DNA of 48,686 nucleotides from a virus (Duplodnaviria; Heunggongvirae; Uroviricota; Caudoviricetes), in IMG/VR virus record IMGVR_UViG_643348546_000001; one strand, 5' to 3'. Within the stretch, counting starts at the first letter, position 1. Each line of letters opens with the position of its first letter. The notes beneath the pieces are model-generated. The model saw nothing but the letters and a program-made list of their open reading frames with translations, made no database searches and was not told the DNA's origin. The translations under genes were made by a program, and so were the position numbers. Below, piece by piece: positions 32,127 through 44,700 of this stretch.

Positions 32127-32542
32127 GTTTTGCCCTGAAACTGGCGCGCGAGATGGGGCGACCCGACTGGCGTGCCATGCTTGCCGGGATGTCATCCACG
32201 GAGTATGCCGACTGGCACCGCTTTTACAGTACCCATTATTTTCATGATGTTCTGCTGGATATGCACTTTTCCGGGCTGACGTACACCGTGCTCAGCCTGT
32301 TTTTCAGCGATCCGGATATGCATCCGCTGGATTTCAGTCTGCTGAACCGGCGCGAGGCTGACGAAGAGCCTGAAGATGATGTGCTGATGCAGAAAGCGGC
32401 AGGGCTTGCCGGAGGCGTTCGTTTTGGCCCGGACGGGAATGAAGTTATCCCCGCTTCCCCGGATGTGGCGGACATGACGGAGGATGACGTAATGCTGATG
32501 ACAGTATCAGAAGGGATCGCAGGAGGAGTCCGGTATGGCTGA
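31704..32542 (+). CDS. GT: Tail assembly chaperone G-T fusion made by programmed -1 ribosomal frameshift
   Basis: Slippery heptamer GGGAAAG at 32102-32108 at the 3' end of G; the T frame (32108-32542) continues in -1 and matches the lambda gpT portion. Confidence 0.85.
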
Positions 32543-35114
32543 ACCGGTAGGCGATCTGGTCGTTGATTTAAGTCTGGATGCGGCCAGATTTGACGAGCAG
32601 ATGGCCAGAGTCAGGCGTCATTTTTCCGGTACGGAAACTGATGCGAAAAAAACAGCGGCAGTCGTTGAACAGTCGCTGGGCCGACAGGCGCTGGCTGCAC
32701 AGAAAGCGGGGATTTCCGTCGGGCAGTATAAAGCCGCCATGCGTATGCTGCCTGCACAGTTCACCGACGTGGCCACGCAGCTTGCAGGCGGGCAAAGTCC
32801 GTGGCTGATCCTGCTGCAACAGGGTGGTCAGGTTAAGGACTCCTTCGGCGGGATGATCCCCATGTTCAGGGGGCTTGCCGGTGCGATCACCCTGCCGATG
32901 GTGGGGGCCACCTCGCTGGCGGTGGCGACCGGTGCGCTGGCGTATGCCTGGTATCAGGGCAACTCAACCCTGTCCGATTTCAACAAAACGCTGGTCCTTT
33001 CCGGCAATCAGGCGGGACTGACGGCAGATCGTATTCTGGCCCTGTCCAGAGCCGGGCAGGCGGCAGGGCTGACGTTTAACCAGACCAGCGAGTCACTGAC
33101 GGCGCTGGTGAATGCCGGTGTGCGTGGTGGTGAGCAGTTTGAGGCGATCAGCCAGAGTGTGGCGCGTTTCTCCTCTGCATCCGGCGTGGAGGTGGACAAG
33201 GTCGCTGAAGCCTTCGGGAAGCTGACCACAGACCCGACGTCGGGACTGACAGCGATGGCACGTCAGTTCCATAACGTGACGGCGGAGCAGATTGCGTATG
33301 TTGCTCAGTTGCAGCGTTCCGGAGATGAAGCCGGGGCATTGCAGGCGGCGAACGAGGCCGCAACGAAAGGGTTTGATGACCAGACCCGCCGCCTGAAAGA
33401 GAACATGGGCACGCTGGAGACCTGGGCAGACAGGACAGCACGGGCATTCAAATCCATGTGGGATTCGGTGCTGGATATTGGTCGCCCGGACACTGCCCAG
33501 GGAATGCTGGAGAAAGCAGAAAAGGCTTTTGATGAGGCGGACAAAAAATGGCAGTGGTATCAGAGCCGAAGCCACCGGCGCGGTAAAACCTCAGCATTTC
33601 TTGCCAATCTCCGGGGAGCATGGGAGGACAGAGCGAATGCGCAACTTGGGCTTTCAGCCGCCACGTTGCAGGCCGATCTTGAAAAGGCCAGAGAGATGGC
33701 AGCAAAGGACTGGGCCGAGTCTGAGGCATCACGGCTGAAATATACCGAAGAGGCGCAGAAGGCTTACGAACGCCTGCAGACGCCGCTGGAGAAATATACC
33801 GCCCGTCAGGAAGAACTGAACAAGGCACTGAAAGACGGGAAAATCCTGCAGGCAGATTACAACACGCTGATGGCGGCGGCGAAAAAGGATTATGAAGCGA
33901 CGCTGAAAAAGCCGAAACAGTCCGGCGTGAAAGTGTCTGCGGGCGATCGTCAGGAAGACAGTGCTCATGCTGCCCTGCTGACGCTTCAGGCTGAACTCCG
34001 GACGCTGGAGAAGCATGCCGGAGCAAATGAGAAAATCAGCCAGCAGCGCCGGGATTTGTGGAAGGCGGAGAGTCAGTTCGCGGTACTGGAGGAGGCGGCG
34101 CAACGTCGCCAGCTGTCCGCACAGGAGAAATCCCTGCTGGCGCATAAAGATGAGACGCTGGAGTACAAACGCCAGCTGGCTGCACTTGGCGACAAGGTTA
34201 CGTATCAGGAGCGCCTGAACGCGCTGGCGCAGCAGGCGGATAAGTTCGCACAGCAACAACGGGCAAAACGGGCAGCCATTGAGGCGAAAAACCGGGGGCT
34301 TACTGACCGGCAGGCAGCGCGGGAAGCCACAGAACAGCGCCTGAAGGAACAGTATGGCGATAATTCGCTGGCGCTGAATAACGTCATGTCAGAGCAGAAA
34401 AAGACCTGGGCGGCTGAAGACCAGCTTCGCGGGAGCTGGATGGCAGGCCTCAGGTCCGGCTGGAGTGAGTGGGAAGAGAGCGCCACGGACAGTATGTCGC
34501 AGGTTAAAAGTGCAGCCACGCAGACCTTTGATGGTATTGCGCAGAATATGGCGGCGATGCTGACCGGCAGTGAGCAGAACTGGCGCAGCTTCACCCGTTC
34601 CGTGCTGTCCATGATGACAGAAATTCTGCTTAAGCAGGCAATGGTGGGGATTGTCGGGAGTATCGGTAGCGCCATTGGCGGGGCTGTTGGTGGCGGCGCA
34701 TCCGCATCAGGCGGTACAGCCATTCAGGCAGCTGCGGCGAAATTCCATTTTGCAACCGGAGGATTTACGGGAACCGGCGGCAAATATGAGCCAGCGGGGA
34801 TTGTTCACCGTGGTGAATTTGTCTTCACGAAGGAGGCAACCAGCCGAATTGGTGTCGGCAACCTGTACCGCCTGATGCGCGGCTATGCCACCGGCGGTTA
34901 TGTCGGTACACCGGGCAGCATGGCAGACAGCCGGTCGCAGGCGTCCGGGACGTTTGAGCAGAATAACCATGTGGTGATTAACAACGACGGCACGAACGGG
35001 CAGATAGGTCCGGCTGCTCTGAAGGCGGTGTATGACATGGCCCGCAAGGGTGCCCGTGATGAAATTCAGACACAGATGCGTGATGGTGGCCTGTTCTCCG
35101 GAGGTGGACGATGA
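32535..35114 (+). CDS. H: Tail tape-measure protein H
   Basis: 859-aa ORF in the lambda H position, lambda-like N-terminus and coiled-coil-rich centre. Confidence 0.96.
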   Translation: MAEPVGDLVVDLSLDAARFDEQMARVRRHFSGTETDAKKTAAVVEQSLGRQALAAQKAGISVGQYKAAMRMLPAQFTDVATQLAGGQSPWLILLQQGGQVKDSFGGMIPMFRGLAGAITLPMVGATSLAVATGALAYAWYQGNSTLSDFNKTLVLSGNQAGLTADRILALSRAGQAAGLTFNQTSESLTALVNAGVRGGEQFEAISQSVARFSSASGVEVDKVAEAFGKLTTDPTSGLTAMARQFHNVTAEQIAYVAQLQRSGDEAGALQAANEAATKGFDDQTRRLKENMGTLETWADRTARAFKSMWDSVLDIGRPDTAQGMLEKAEKAFDEADKKWQWYQSRSHRRGKTSAFLANLRGAWEDRANAQLGLSAATLQADLEKAREMAAKDWAESEASRLKYTEEAQKAYERLQTPLEKYTARQEELNKALKDGKILQADYNTLMAAAKKDYEATLKKPKQSGVKVSAGDRQEDSAHAALLTLQAELRTLEKHAGANEKISQQRRDLWKAESQFAVLEEAAQRRQLSAQEKSLLAHKDETLEYKRQLAALGDKVTYQERLNALAQQADKFAQQQRAKRAAIEAKNRGLTDRQAAREATEQRLKEQYGDNSLALNNVMSEQKKTWAAEDQLRGSWMAGLRSGWSEWEESATDSMSQVKSAATQTFDGIAQNMAAMLTGSEQNWRSFTRSVLSMMTEILLKQAMVGIVGSIGSAIGGAVGGGASASGGTAIQAAAAKFHFATGGFTGTGGKYEPAGIVHRGEFVFTKEATSRIGVGNLYRLMRGYATGGYVGTPGSMADSRSQASGTFEQNNHVVINNDGTNGQIGPAALKAVYDMARKGARDEIQTQMRDGGLFSGGGR

Positions 35115-35440
35115 AGACCTTCCGCTGGAAAGTGAAACCCGGTATGGATGTGGCTTCGGTCCCTTCTGTAAGAAAGGTGCGCTTTGGTGATGGCTATTCC
35201 CAGCGAGCGCCTGCCGGGCTGAATGCCAACCTGAAAACGTACAGCGTGACGCTTTCTGTCCCCCGTGAGGAGGCCACGGTACTGGAGTCGTTTCTGGAAG
35301 AGCACGGGGGCTGGAAATCCTTTCTGTGGACGCCGCCTTATGAGTGGCGGCAGATAAAGGTGACCTGCGCAAAATGGTCGTCGCGGGTCAGTATGCTGCG
35401 TGTTGAGTTCAGCGCAGAGTTTGAACAGGTGGTGAACTGA
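35111..35440 (+). CDS. M: Tail tip protein M
   Basis: 109-aa ORF matching lambda gpM. Confidence 0.95.
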   Translation: MKTFRWKVKPGMDVASVPSVRKVRFGDGYSQRAPAGLNANLKTYSVTLSVPREEATVLESFLEEHGGWKSFLWTPPYEWRQIKVTCAKWSSRVSMLRVEFSAEFEQVVN

Positions 35441-36138
35441 TGCAGGATATCCGGCAGGAAACACTGAATGAATGCACCCGTGCGGAGCAGTCGGCCAGCG
35501 TGGTGCTCTGGGAAATCGACCTGACAGAGGTCGGTGGAGAACGTTATTTTTTCTGTAATGAGCAGAACGAAAAAGGTGAGCCGGTCACCTGGCAGGGGCG
35601 ACAGTATCAGCCGTATCCCATTCAGGGGAGCGGTTTTGAACTGAATGGCAAAGGCACCAGTACGCGCCCCACGCTGACGGTTTCTAACCTGTACGGTATG
35701 GTCACCGGGATGGCGGAAGATATGCAGAGTCTGGTCGGCGGAACGGTGGTCCGGCGTAAGGTTTACGCCCGTTTTCTGGATGCGGTGAACTTCGTCAACG
35801 GAAACAGTTACGCCGATCCGGAGCAGGAGGTGATCAGCCGCTGGCGCATTGAGCAGTGCAGCGAACTGAGCGCGGTGAGTGCCTCCTTTGTACTGTCCAC
35901 GCCGACGGAAACGGATGGCGCTGTTTTTCCGGGACGTATCATGCTGGCCAACACCTGCACCTGGACCTATCGCGGTGACGAGTGCGGTTATAGCGGTCCG
36001 GCTGTCGCGGATGAATATGACCAGCCAACGTCCGATATCACGAAGGATAAATGCAGCAAATGCCTGAGCGGTTGTAAGTTCCGCAATAACGTCGGCAACT
36101 TTGGCGGCTTCCTTTCCATTAACAAACTTTCGCAGTAA
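35440..36138 (+). CDS. L: Tail tip protein L
   Basis: 232-aa ORF matching lambda gpL (C-terminal cysteine cluster). Confidence 0.95.
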   Translation: MQDIRQETLNECTRAEQSASVVLWEIDLTEVGGERYFFCNEQNEKGEPVTWQGRQYQPYPIQGSGFELNGKGTSTRPTLTVSNLYGMVTGMAEDMQSLVGGTVVRRKVYARFLDAVNFVNGNSYADPEQEVISRWRIEQCSELSAVSASFVLSTPTETDGAVFPGRIMLANTCTWTYRGDECGYSGPAVADEYDQPTSDITKDKCSKCLSGCKFRNNVGNFGGFLSINKLSQ

Positions 36139-36143
36139 ATCCC

Positions 36144-36887
36144 ATGACACAGACAGAATCAGCGATTCTGGCGCACGCCCGGCGATGTGCGCCAGCGGAG
36201 TCGTGCGGCTTCGTGGTAAGCACGCCGGAGGGGGAAAGATATTTTCCCTGCGTGAATATCTCCGGTGAGCCGGAGGCGTATTTCCGTATGTCGCCGGAAG
36301 ACTGGCTGCAGGCAGAAATGCAGGGTGAGATTGTGGCGCTGGTCCACAGCCACCCCGGTGGTCTGCCCTGGCTGAGTGAGGCCGACCGGCGGCTGCAGGT
36401 GCAGAGTGATTTGCCGTGGTGGCTGGTCTGCCGGGGGACGATTCATAAGTTCCGCTGTGTGCCGCATCTCACCGGGCGGCGCTTTGAGCACGGTGTGACG
36501 GACTGTTACACACTGTTCCGGGATGCTTATCATCTGGCGGGGATTGAGATGCCGGACTTTCATCGTGAGGATGACTGGTGGCGTAACGGCCAGAATCTCT
36601 ATCTGGATAATCTGGAGGCGACGGGGCTGTATCAGGTGCCGTTGTCAGCGGCACAGCCGGGCGATGTGCTGCTGTGCTGTTTTGGTTCATCAGTGCCGAA
36701 TCACGCCGCAATTTACTGCGGCGACGGCGAGCTGCTGCACCATATTCCTGAACAACTGAGCAAACGAGAGAGGTACACCGACAAATGGCAGCGACGCACA
36801 CACTCCCTCTGGCGTCACCGGGCATGGCGCGCATCTGCCTTTACGGGGATTTACAACGATTTGGTCGCCGCATCGACCTTCGTGTGA
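36144..36887 (+). CDS. K: Tail tip assembly protein K (JAB/MPN + NlpC/P60-like domains)
   Basis: 247-aa ORF matching lambda gpK; HSHPGG motif. Confidence 0.94.
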   Translation: MTQTESAILAHARRCAPAESCGFVVSTPEGERYFPCVNISGEPEAYFRMSPEDWLQAEMQGEIVALVHSHPGGLPWLSEADRRLQVQSDLPWWLVCRGTIHKFRCVPHLTGRRFEHGVTDCYTLFRDAYHLAGIEMPDFHREDDWWRNGQNLYLDNLEATGLYQVPLSAAQPGDVLLCCFGSSVPNHAAIYCGDGELLHHIPEQLSKRERYTDKWQRRTHSLWRHRAWRASAFTGIYNDLVAASTFV

Positions 36888-37456
36888 AAACGGGGGCTGA
36901 AGCCATCCGGGCACTGGCCACACAGCTCCCGGCGTTTCGTCAGAAACTGAGCGACGGCTGGTATCAGGTACGGATTGCCGGGCGGGACGTCAGCACGTCC
37001 GGGTTAACGGCGCAGTTACATGAGACTCTGCCTGATGGCGCTGTGATTCATATTGTTCCCAGAGTCGCCGGGGCCAAGTCAGGTGGCGTATTCCAGATTG
37101 TCCTGGGGGCTGCCGCCATTGCCGGATCATTCTTTACCGCCGGAGCCACCCTTGCAGCATGGGGGGCAGCCATTGGGGCCGGTGGTATGACCGGCATCCT
37201 GTTTTCTCTCGGTGCCAGTATGGTGCTCGGTGGTGTGGCGCAGATGCTGGCACCGAAAGCCAGAACTCCCCGTACACAGACAACGGATAACGGTAAGCAG
37301 AACACCTATTTCTCCTCACTGGATAACATGGTTGCCCAGGGCAATGTTCTGCCTGTTCTGTACGGGGAAATGCGCGTGGGGTCACGCGTGGTTTCTCAGG
37401 AGATCAGCACGGCAGACGAAGGGGACGGTGGTCAGGTTGTGGTGATTGGTCGCTGA
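36785..37456 (+). CDS. I: Tail tip assembly protein I
   Basis: 223-aa ORF matching lambda gpI; overlaps the end of K. Confidence 0.94.
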   Translation: MAATHTLPLASPGMARICLYGDLQRFGRRIDLRVKTGAEAIRALATQLPAFRQKLSDGWYQVRIAGRDVSTSGLTAQLHETLPDGAVIHIVPRVAGAKSGGVFQIVLGAAAIAGSFFTAGATLAAWGAAIGAGGMTGILFSLGASMVLGGVAQMLAPKARTPRTQTTDNGKQNTYFSSLDNMVAQGNVLPVLYGEMRVGSRVVSQEISTADEGDGGQVVVIGR

Positions 37457-37516
37457 TGCAAAATGTTTTATGTGAAACCGCCTGCGGGCGGTTTTGTCAT
37501 TTATGGAGCGTGAGGA

Positions 37517-40500
37517 ATGGGTAAAGGAAGCAGTAAGGGGCATACCCCGCGCGAAGCGAAGGACAACCTGAAGTCCACGCAGTTGCTGAGTGTGATCGAT
37601 GCCATCAGCGAAGGGCCGGTTGAAGGTCCGGTGGATGGATTAAAAAGCGTGCTGCTGAACAGTACGCCGGTGCTGGACACTGAGGGGAATACCAACATCT
37701 CCGGTGTCACGGTGGTGTTCCGTGCCGGTGAGCAGGAGCAGACACCGCCGGAGGGGTTTGAATCCTCCGGCTCCGAGACGGTGCTGGGTACGGAAGTGAA
37801 ATATGACACGCCGATCACCCGCACCATTACGTCTGCAAACATCGACCGTCTGCGCTTTACCTTCGGTGTACAGGCACTGGTGGAAACCACCTCAAAGGGT
37901 GACAGGAATCCGTCGGAAGTCCGTCTGCTGGTTCAGATACAACGTAACGGTGGCTGGGTGACGGAAAAAGACATCACCATTAAGGGCAAAACCACCTCGC
38001 AGTATCTGGCCTCGGTGGTGGTGGGTAGCCTGCCGCCGCGCCCGTTTAATATCCGGATGCGCAGGATGACGCCGGACAGCACCACAGACCAGCTGCAGAA
38101 CAAAACGCTCTGGTCGTCATACACCGAAATCATCGATGTGAAACAGTGCTACCCGAACACGGCACTGGTCGGCGTGCAGGTGGACTCGGAGCAGTTCGGC
38201 AGCCAGCAGGTGAGCCGTAATTATCATCTTCGCGGGCGCATTCTGCAGGTGCCGTCGAACTATAACCCGCAGACGCGGCAATACAGCGGTATCTGGGACG
38301 GAACGTTTAAGCCGGCATACAGCAACAACCCGGCCTGGTGTCTGTGGGATATGCTGACCCACCCGCGCTACGGCATGGGGAAACGTCTTGGTGCGGCGGA
38401 TGTGGATAAATGGGCGCTGTATGTCATCGGCCAGTACTGCGACCAGTCAGTGCCGGACGGTTTTGGCGGCACGGAGCCGCGCATCACCTGTAATGCCTAC
38501 CTGACCACGCAGCGTAAGGCGTGGGATGTGCTCAGTGATTTCTGCTCGGCGATGCGCTGTATGCCGGTATGGAACGGGCAGACGCTGACGTTCGTGCAGG
38601 ACCGACCATCAGATAAGGTGTGGACCTATAACCGCAGTAATGTGGTGATGCCGGATGATGGCGCGCCGTTCCGCTACAGCTTCAGCGCCCTGAAGGACCG
38701 CCATAATGCCGTTGAGGTGAACTGGATTGACCCGAACAACGGCTGGGAGACGGCGACAGAGCTTGTTGAAGATACGCAGGCCATTGCCCGTTACGGTCGT
38801 AATGTCACGAAGATGGATGCCTTTGGCTGTACCAGCCGGGGGCAGGCACACCGCGCCGGGCTGTGGCTGATTAAAACGGAACTGCTGGAGACGCAGACCG
38901 TGGATTTCAGCGTGGGTGCTGAAGGGCTTCGCCATGTACCGGGCGATGTCATTGAAATCTGCGATGATGACTATGCCGGTATCAGCACCGGTGGTCGCGT
39001 GCTGGCGGTGAACAGCCAGACCCGGACGCTGACGCTCGACCGTGAAATCACGCTGCCATCCTCCGGTACCACGCTGATAAGCCTGGTTGACGGAAGTGGT
39101 AATCCGGTCAGCGTGGAGGTTCAGCCCGTCACCGACGGACTTAAGGTGAAAGTGAACCGGGTTCCTGATGGCGTTGCAGAATACAGTGTGTGGGGGCTGA
39201 AGTTGCCGACGTTGCGTCAGCGCCTGTTCCGCTGTGTGAGTATCCGTGAGAACGATGACGGCACGTATGCCATCACTGCCGTGCAGCATGTACCGGAAAA
39301 AGAAGCCATCGTGGATAACGGGGCGCACTTTGACGGCGACCAGAGCAGCACGGTGAATGGTGTCACGCCGCCAGCGGTGCAGCACCTGACCGCCGAAGTC
39401 ACCGCAGACAGCGGGGAATATCAGGTGCTGGCGCGCTGGGACACGCCGAAGGTGGTGAAGGGCGTGAGCTTCCTGCTCCGTCTGACCGTAACAGCGGATG
39501 ACAGCAGTGAGCGGCTGGTCAGCACGGCCCGGACGACGGAAACCACATACCGCTTCACGCAACTGGCGCTGGGGAACTACAGGCTGACAGTCCGGGCGGT
39601 AAATGCGTGGGGGCAGCAGGGCGATCCGGCGTCGGTATCGTTCCGGATTGCCGCACCGGCAGCACCGTCGAGGATTGAGCTGACGCCGGGCTATTTTCAG
39701 ATAACCGCCACGCCGCATCTTGCCGTTTATGACCCGACGGTACAGTTTGAGTTCTGGTTCTCGGAAAAGCGGATTACCGATATCAGGCAGGTTGAAACCA
39801 CAGCACGCTATCTTGGCACGGCGCTGTACTGGATAGCCGCCAGTATCAATATCAAACCGGGCCATGATTATTACTTTTATATCCGCAGTGTGAACACCGT
39901 TGGCAAATCGGCATTCGTGGAGGCTGTTGGTCAGCCGAGTGATGATGCATCCGGTTATCTGGATTTTTTCAAAGGCGAGATAGGGAAAACCCATCTGGCT
40001 CAGGAGCTGTGGACGCAGATTGATAACGGTCAGCTTGCGCCTGACCTGGCTGAAATCAGGACGTCCATTACGGATGTCAGCAATGAAATCACGCAGACCG
40101 TCAATAAGAAACTGGAAGACCAGAGTGCGGCAATTCAGCAGATACAGAAGGTTCAGGTTGATACAAATAATAACCTGAACAGCATGTGGGCTGTGAAGCT
40201 GCAGCAGATGCAGGACGGACGCCTTTATATCGCGGGTATTGGTGCCGGTATTGAGAACACCCCTGACGGCATGCAGAGTCAGGTGCTGCTGGCGGCAGAC
40301 AGGATTGCGATGATTAATCCTGCGAATGGCAACACAAAGCCGATGTTTGTTGGGCAGGGCGATCAGATATTCATGAACGAAGTGTTCCTGAAACGCCTGA
40401 CGGCTCCCACCATTACCAGCGGCGGTAATCCTCCGGTATTTTCCCTGACACCGGACGGGCGGCTGACGGCGAAAAATGCCGATATCAGCGGTAACGTGAA

Positions 40501-40996
40501 TGCGAACTCCGGGACGCTCAACAACGTCACGATTAACGAGAACTGTCGGGTTCTGGGAAAACTGTCCGCGAACCAGATTGAAGGCGATCTCGTTAAAACA
40601 GTGGGCAAAGCTTTCCCCCGGGACTCCCGTGCACCGGAGCGGTGGCCATCAGGGACCATTACCGTCAGGGTTTATGACGATCAGCCGTTTGACCGGCAGA
40701 TTGTTATTCCCGCGGTGGCGTTTCGTGGCGCTAAACATGAGCGGGAGAATAACGATATTTATTCGTCATGCCGTCTGATAGTGAAGAAAAACGGTGCTGA
40801 AATTTATAACCGTACCGCGCTGGATAATACGCTGGTTTATACAGGTGTTATTGATATGCCTGCTGGTCGCGGTCACATGACGCTGGAGTTTTCGGTATCA
40901 GCGTGGCTGGTAAATGACTGGTATCCCACAGCCAGTATCAGCGATTTGCTGGTTGTGGTGATGAAGAAATCCACAGCAGGTATCACGATTAGCTGA
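37517..40996 (+). CDS. J: Central tail fibre / host-specificity protein J (divergent C-terminal receptor-binding region)
   Basis: 1159-aa ORF; lambda J-like over most of its length but longer than lambda J (1132 aa), and the last about 150 aa do not match the remembered lambda J C-terminus. Confidence 0.95.
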   Translation: MGKGSSKGHTPREAKDNLKSTQLLSVIDAISEGPVEGPVDGLKSVLLNSTPVLDTEGNTNISGVTVVFRAGEQEQTPPEGFESSGSETVLGTEVKYDTPITRTITSANIDRLRFTFGVQALVETTSKGDRNPSEVRLLVQIQRNGGWVTEKDITIKGKTTSQYLASVVVGSLPPRPFNIRMRRMTPDSTTDQLQNKTLWSSYTEIIDVKQCYPNTALVGVQVDSEQFGSQQVSRNYHLRGRILQVPSNYNPQTRQYSGIWDGTFKPAYSNNPAWCLWDMLTHPRYGMGKRLGAADVDKWALYVIGQYCDQSVPDGFGGTEPRITCNAYLTTQRKAWDVLSDFCSAMRCMPVWNGQTLTFVQDRPSDKVWTYNRSNVVMPDDGAPFRYSFSALKDRHNAVEVNWIDPNNGWETATELVEDTQAIARYGRNVTKMDAFGCTSRGQAHRAGLWLIKTELLETQTVDFSVGAEGLRHVPGDVIEICDDDYAGISTGGRVLAVNSQTRTLTLDREITLPSSGTTLISLVDGSGNPVSVEVQPVTDGLKVKVNRVPDGVAEYSVWGLKLPTLRQRLFRCVSIRENDDGTYAITAVQHVPEKEAIVDNGAHFDGDQSSTVNGVTPPAVQHLTAEVTADSGEYQVLARWDTPKVVKGVSFLLRLTVTADDSSERLVSTARTTETTYRFTQLALGNYRLTVRAVNAWGQQGDPASVSFRIAAPAAPSRIELTPGYFQITATPHLAVYDPTVQFEFWFSEKRITDIRQVETTARYLGTALYWIAASINIKPGHDYYFYIRSVNTVGKSAFVEAVGQPSDDASGYLDFFKGEIGKTHLAQELWTQIDNGQLAPDLAEIRTSITDVSNEITQTVNKKLEDQSAAIQQIQKVQVDTNNNLNSMWAVKLQQMQDGRLYIAGIGAGIENTPDGMQSQVLLAADRIAMINPANGNTKPMFVGQGDQIFMNEVFLKRLTAPTITSGGNPPVFSLTPDGRLTAKNADISGNVNANSGTLNNVTINENCRVLGKLSANQIEGDLVKTVGKAFPRDSRAPERWPSGTITVRVYDDQPFDRQIVIPAVAFRGAKHERENNDIYSSCRLIVKKNGAEIYNRTALDNTLVYTGVIDMPAGRGHMTLEFSVSAWLVNDWYPTASISDLLVVVMKKSTAGITIS

Positions 40997-41064
40997 ATTT
41001 TCATAACCCATATGCGGGCGCCATTTCTGGCGCCTTTTTTATTGCAGAAAAGCGAGAGGTAATT

Positions 41065-41664
41065 ATGCGTAAACTTTATGCCGCCATTTTGTCCGCAGCC
41101 ATCTGTCTGGCCGTATCCGGTGCGCCTGCATGGGCGTCTGAACATCAGTCCACGCTGAGCGCGGGCTATCTTCGTGCCCGTACGAACGCTCCCGGCAGCG
41201 ATAATCTGAACGGGATTAACGTGAAATACCGTTATGAGTTTACGGACACGCTGGGGCTGATTACGTCATTCAGTTATGCCAACGCTGAAGATGAGCAAAA
41301 AACGCATTACAGCGATACCCGCTGGCATGAGGATTCCGTGCGTAACCGCTGGTTCAGCGTGATGGCGGGACCGTCTGTGCGCGTGAATGAATGGTTCAGC
41401 GCGTATGCGATGGCGGGTGTGGCTTACAGCCGTGTGTCGACTTTCTCCGGGGATTATCTCCGCGTAACTGACAACAAGGGGAAAACGCATGATGTGCTGA
41501 CCGGAAGTGATGACGGTCACCACAGCAACACGTCTCTGGCGTGGGGAGCTGGCGTGCAGTTTAACCCGACCGAATCGGTGGCCATTGATGTCGCTTATGA
41601 AGGCTCCGGCAGTGGTGACTGGCGCACTGACGGTTTCATCGTGGGTGTCGGTTATAAATTCTGA
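41065..41664 (+). CDS. lom: Outer-membrane protein Lom (Ail/Lom family)
   Basis: 199-aa ORF with signal peptide, near-identical to lambda Lom. Confidence 0.95.
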   Translation: MRKLYAAILSAAICLAVSGAPAWASEHQSTLSAGYLRARTNAPGSDNLNGINVKYRYEFTDTLGLITSFSYANAEDEQKTHYSDTRWHEDSVRNRWFSVMAGPSVRVNEWFSAYAMAGVAYSRVSTFSGDYLRVTDNKGKTHDVLTGSDDGHHSNTSLAWGAGVQFNPTESVAIDVAYEGSGSGDWRTDGFIVGVGYKF

Positions 41665-41722
41665 TTAGCCAGGTAACACAGTGTTATGACAGCCCGCCGG
41701 TTCAGGCGGGCTTTTTTGTGGG

Positions 41723-44700
41723 GTGAATATGGCAGTAAAGATTTCAGGTGTACTGAAAGACGGTGCAGGTAAACCGGTACAGAACTGCACAATCCAGCTG
41801 AAAGCAAAACGTAACAGCACCACGGTGGTGGTGAACACGGTGGCATCTGAAAATCCGGATGAAGCAGGGCGTTACAGCATGGACGTTGAGCACGGCCAGT
41901 ACAGCGTTATTCTGTTGGTGGAGGGATTCCCGCCGTCACATGCCGGGACCATCACCGTGTATGAAGATTCTCAACCGGGTACGCTGAATGATTTTCTCGG
42001 TGCCATGACGGAGGATGATGCCCGTCCTGAGGCACTGCGCCGTTTTGAACTGATGGTGGAAGAGGTGGCGCGTAACGCGTCCGCAGTGGCACAGAACACG
42101 GCAGCCGCGAAGAAGTCAGCCAGCGATGCCGGCACATCAGCACGTGAGGCGGCAACCCATGCGACTGATGCTGCAGGCTCAGCACGCGCAGCCAGCACGT
42201 CAGCCGGACAGGCCGCTTCGTCGGCTCAGTCAGCGTCTTCCAGCGCAGGAACGGCATCAACAAAGGCTACTGAAGCATCAAAAAGTGCTGCCGCTGCAGA
42301 GTCCTCAAAAAGCGCGGCGGCCACCAGTGCCGGTGCGGCGAAAACGTCAGAAACGAATGCTGCAGTGTCACAAAAATCTGCAGCTACTTCTGCATCCACC
42401 GCGACCACGAAAGCGTCAGAAGCTGCCACCTCAGCCCGGGATGCGGCGGCCTCAAAAGAGGTAGCGAAATCATCAGAAACGAACGCATCATCAAGTGCCA
42501 GTAGTGCAGCTTCCTCGGCAACGGCGGCAGGAAATTCCGCGAAGGCCGCAAAAACGTCTGAGACGAATGCGGATAACAGCGCACAGGCGGCAGCAGACTC
42601 ACAAACTGCATCGGCAAACTCCGCGACAGCAGCCAAAAAATCAGAAACCAACGCGAAAAATAGCGAGGCAGCAGCAAAGAGCAGCGAAACCAACGCTAAA
42701 GCCAGCGAAACTAATGCTAAATCCAGTGAAACAAACGCGGCGAAATCTGCGGCGGACGCACTTAATTATCGCAACCAGGCCCAGGGTATTGTTGGTACTA
42801 ACATCGGTTTGGGATCATCACCGCGTGATTGCTCTGACATCTCAGGAAATCCATCAGGTTATATTGGCTTTATGCGCATCATGGCTGATGCAACAGGTTT
42901 CCCGTCTATTGCATCCGGTGAAAGCAGTCTTACGGGGTTTATTAGTCAGGTAGATGGAACTCCAGCGTATACAGGTGTATTTCAGGGATGGACTACTCGC
43001 TCGCTTTATACCTATCGCTGGAGTCCGACAACAGGCCCGCAATGGACACGCCACGCAAGAAAAGATGAGGTTATCCGATTTCAGCGTTCAAGCAACACAA
43101 GAACTGTCATTTTATCTACTGACGTTCAGGCTGACGGCTGTTACTTACAGGTTGATGCTGACGGTCAGTGGGGCGCGTTTAACCCTAAAGCTGGTAGATG
43201 GCAACCGCTCGCAGTTGCACAAGGTGGCACAGGGGCGAATGATGCAAGTACAGCGCGCTCTAAACTTGAAGTCATGTTTGAAGCAAAAACTGGCCTTGAT
43301 GCGAATACGAACTTAAACGATATAAAAGGTACTACAGCCGGTTTTTATTACCAACCAATGTCTGCCAACGCAAAGCCAGAACTAAATTACCCGATACAGC
43401 TTGCGGGTGCACTGATGGTTTTAAAGGACGGGGCTAATGTTGGGTACTCATGTATTCAGATTTATTATGTATACAATAACCCAAGAATCTCATATAGCCG
43501 TACATACAATGGTGGTTCTGACACATGGTCAGACTGGGTGAAAAATGTATCAACTGAAAGGGTTGATGATTGGACTAGCGAAACATGGATATATAACCAT
43601 GATAAATCCATGCGCCTGGGTTTAACCGGATCAACGTGGGGGTGTTACAGCGACACACAAAAAAAATGGATACCGCTTGATGTTTCTCATGGTGGTACTG
43701 GTGCGGCAACTGTTGATGGTGTCAGAACGAATCTTGGCTTAGGTAGGAACAACAGCCCTCAACTTAACAGTCTATTTCTTGATAGATATAGTGATTCGAC
43801 CAATACATACACATCTAGTGGAATTCTCCATACAAGACTGTTAGCAACTGACAGCACTGTGCGTCTTGGTGCTGATATGTATGTTGAAACTTTATCAAAT
43901 GAGCCAGGTCAATTAACAATAAGGTTTACATACGATGGTTCAACTGGTGCTTCAAAATATCTAAACCTTAACTCAGAAGGTAATTTAATTGTAGATAGTG
44001 CGATACTGAAATCAACGGTTGAAAAACCTTTACAAATAAGGAGCGCTAACCCAGCAATAAGATTTAATGAAACAGATCGCCCGGCTAACACGCCTACTTA
44101 TACTCTCATTGCTAATGCTGGCGACTGGTTTATTCAGAAACGCGATTATGATGATGCCGGAAGCGTTAGTAACGCAATTGCATATAATTTCGCAAACGAC
44201 AGAATTGATGTGCAAAATCTTAAAGCGTCTGGGTTAATTACAGCTAACTCAGGAATCGCAACATTAACAGGTCATGACTGGAACGCTCAGCATACTGATA
44301 ACGTCGACAAATTTAGACCAATTGCAGGCAGTACAAACGGCCCGGCAGGCTCTATGGTTCTTGGCGGCATTCATGTTCAATTTAGTAAAAATTATGCTGT
44401 GCAGTTCGGAGGCCGCAATTCCGGTTTTTGGGGAAGAACAATTGAAAATGGAACGACGCAGGAATGGAAGAAATTACTAACAGTAGACGATCTCAATTCA
44501 TCTACCGCTCTTGCTGTCAGGTCATTAACCACATCTAACCCGATAAAATCTGGCGGAGGGCGGATTGATGTCCTTGGAAGCACGTCAGACTATAGCAAAA
44601 TGGATTGCTTTGTACGTGGGTTTGATAGCACCGGTAATTCTCTCGCGTGGGCGTTGGGTTCATCAGTCGGCGTAAGTAAGATGCTGTCGCTAAAAAATTT

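Noticed and set aside
42100-42750. Tandem DNA repeats suggestive of a CRISPR or satellite array
   Set aside because: They are in-frame coding repeats (KxSETNA units) within the side tail fibre gene.
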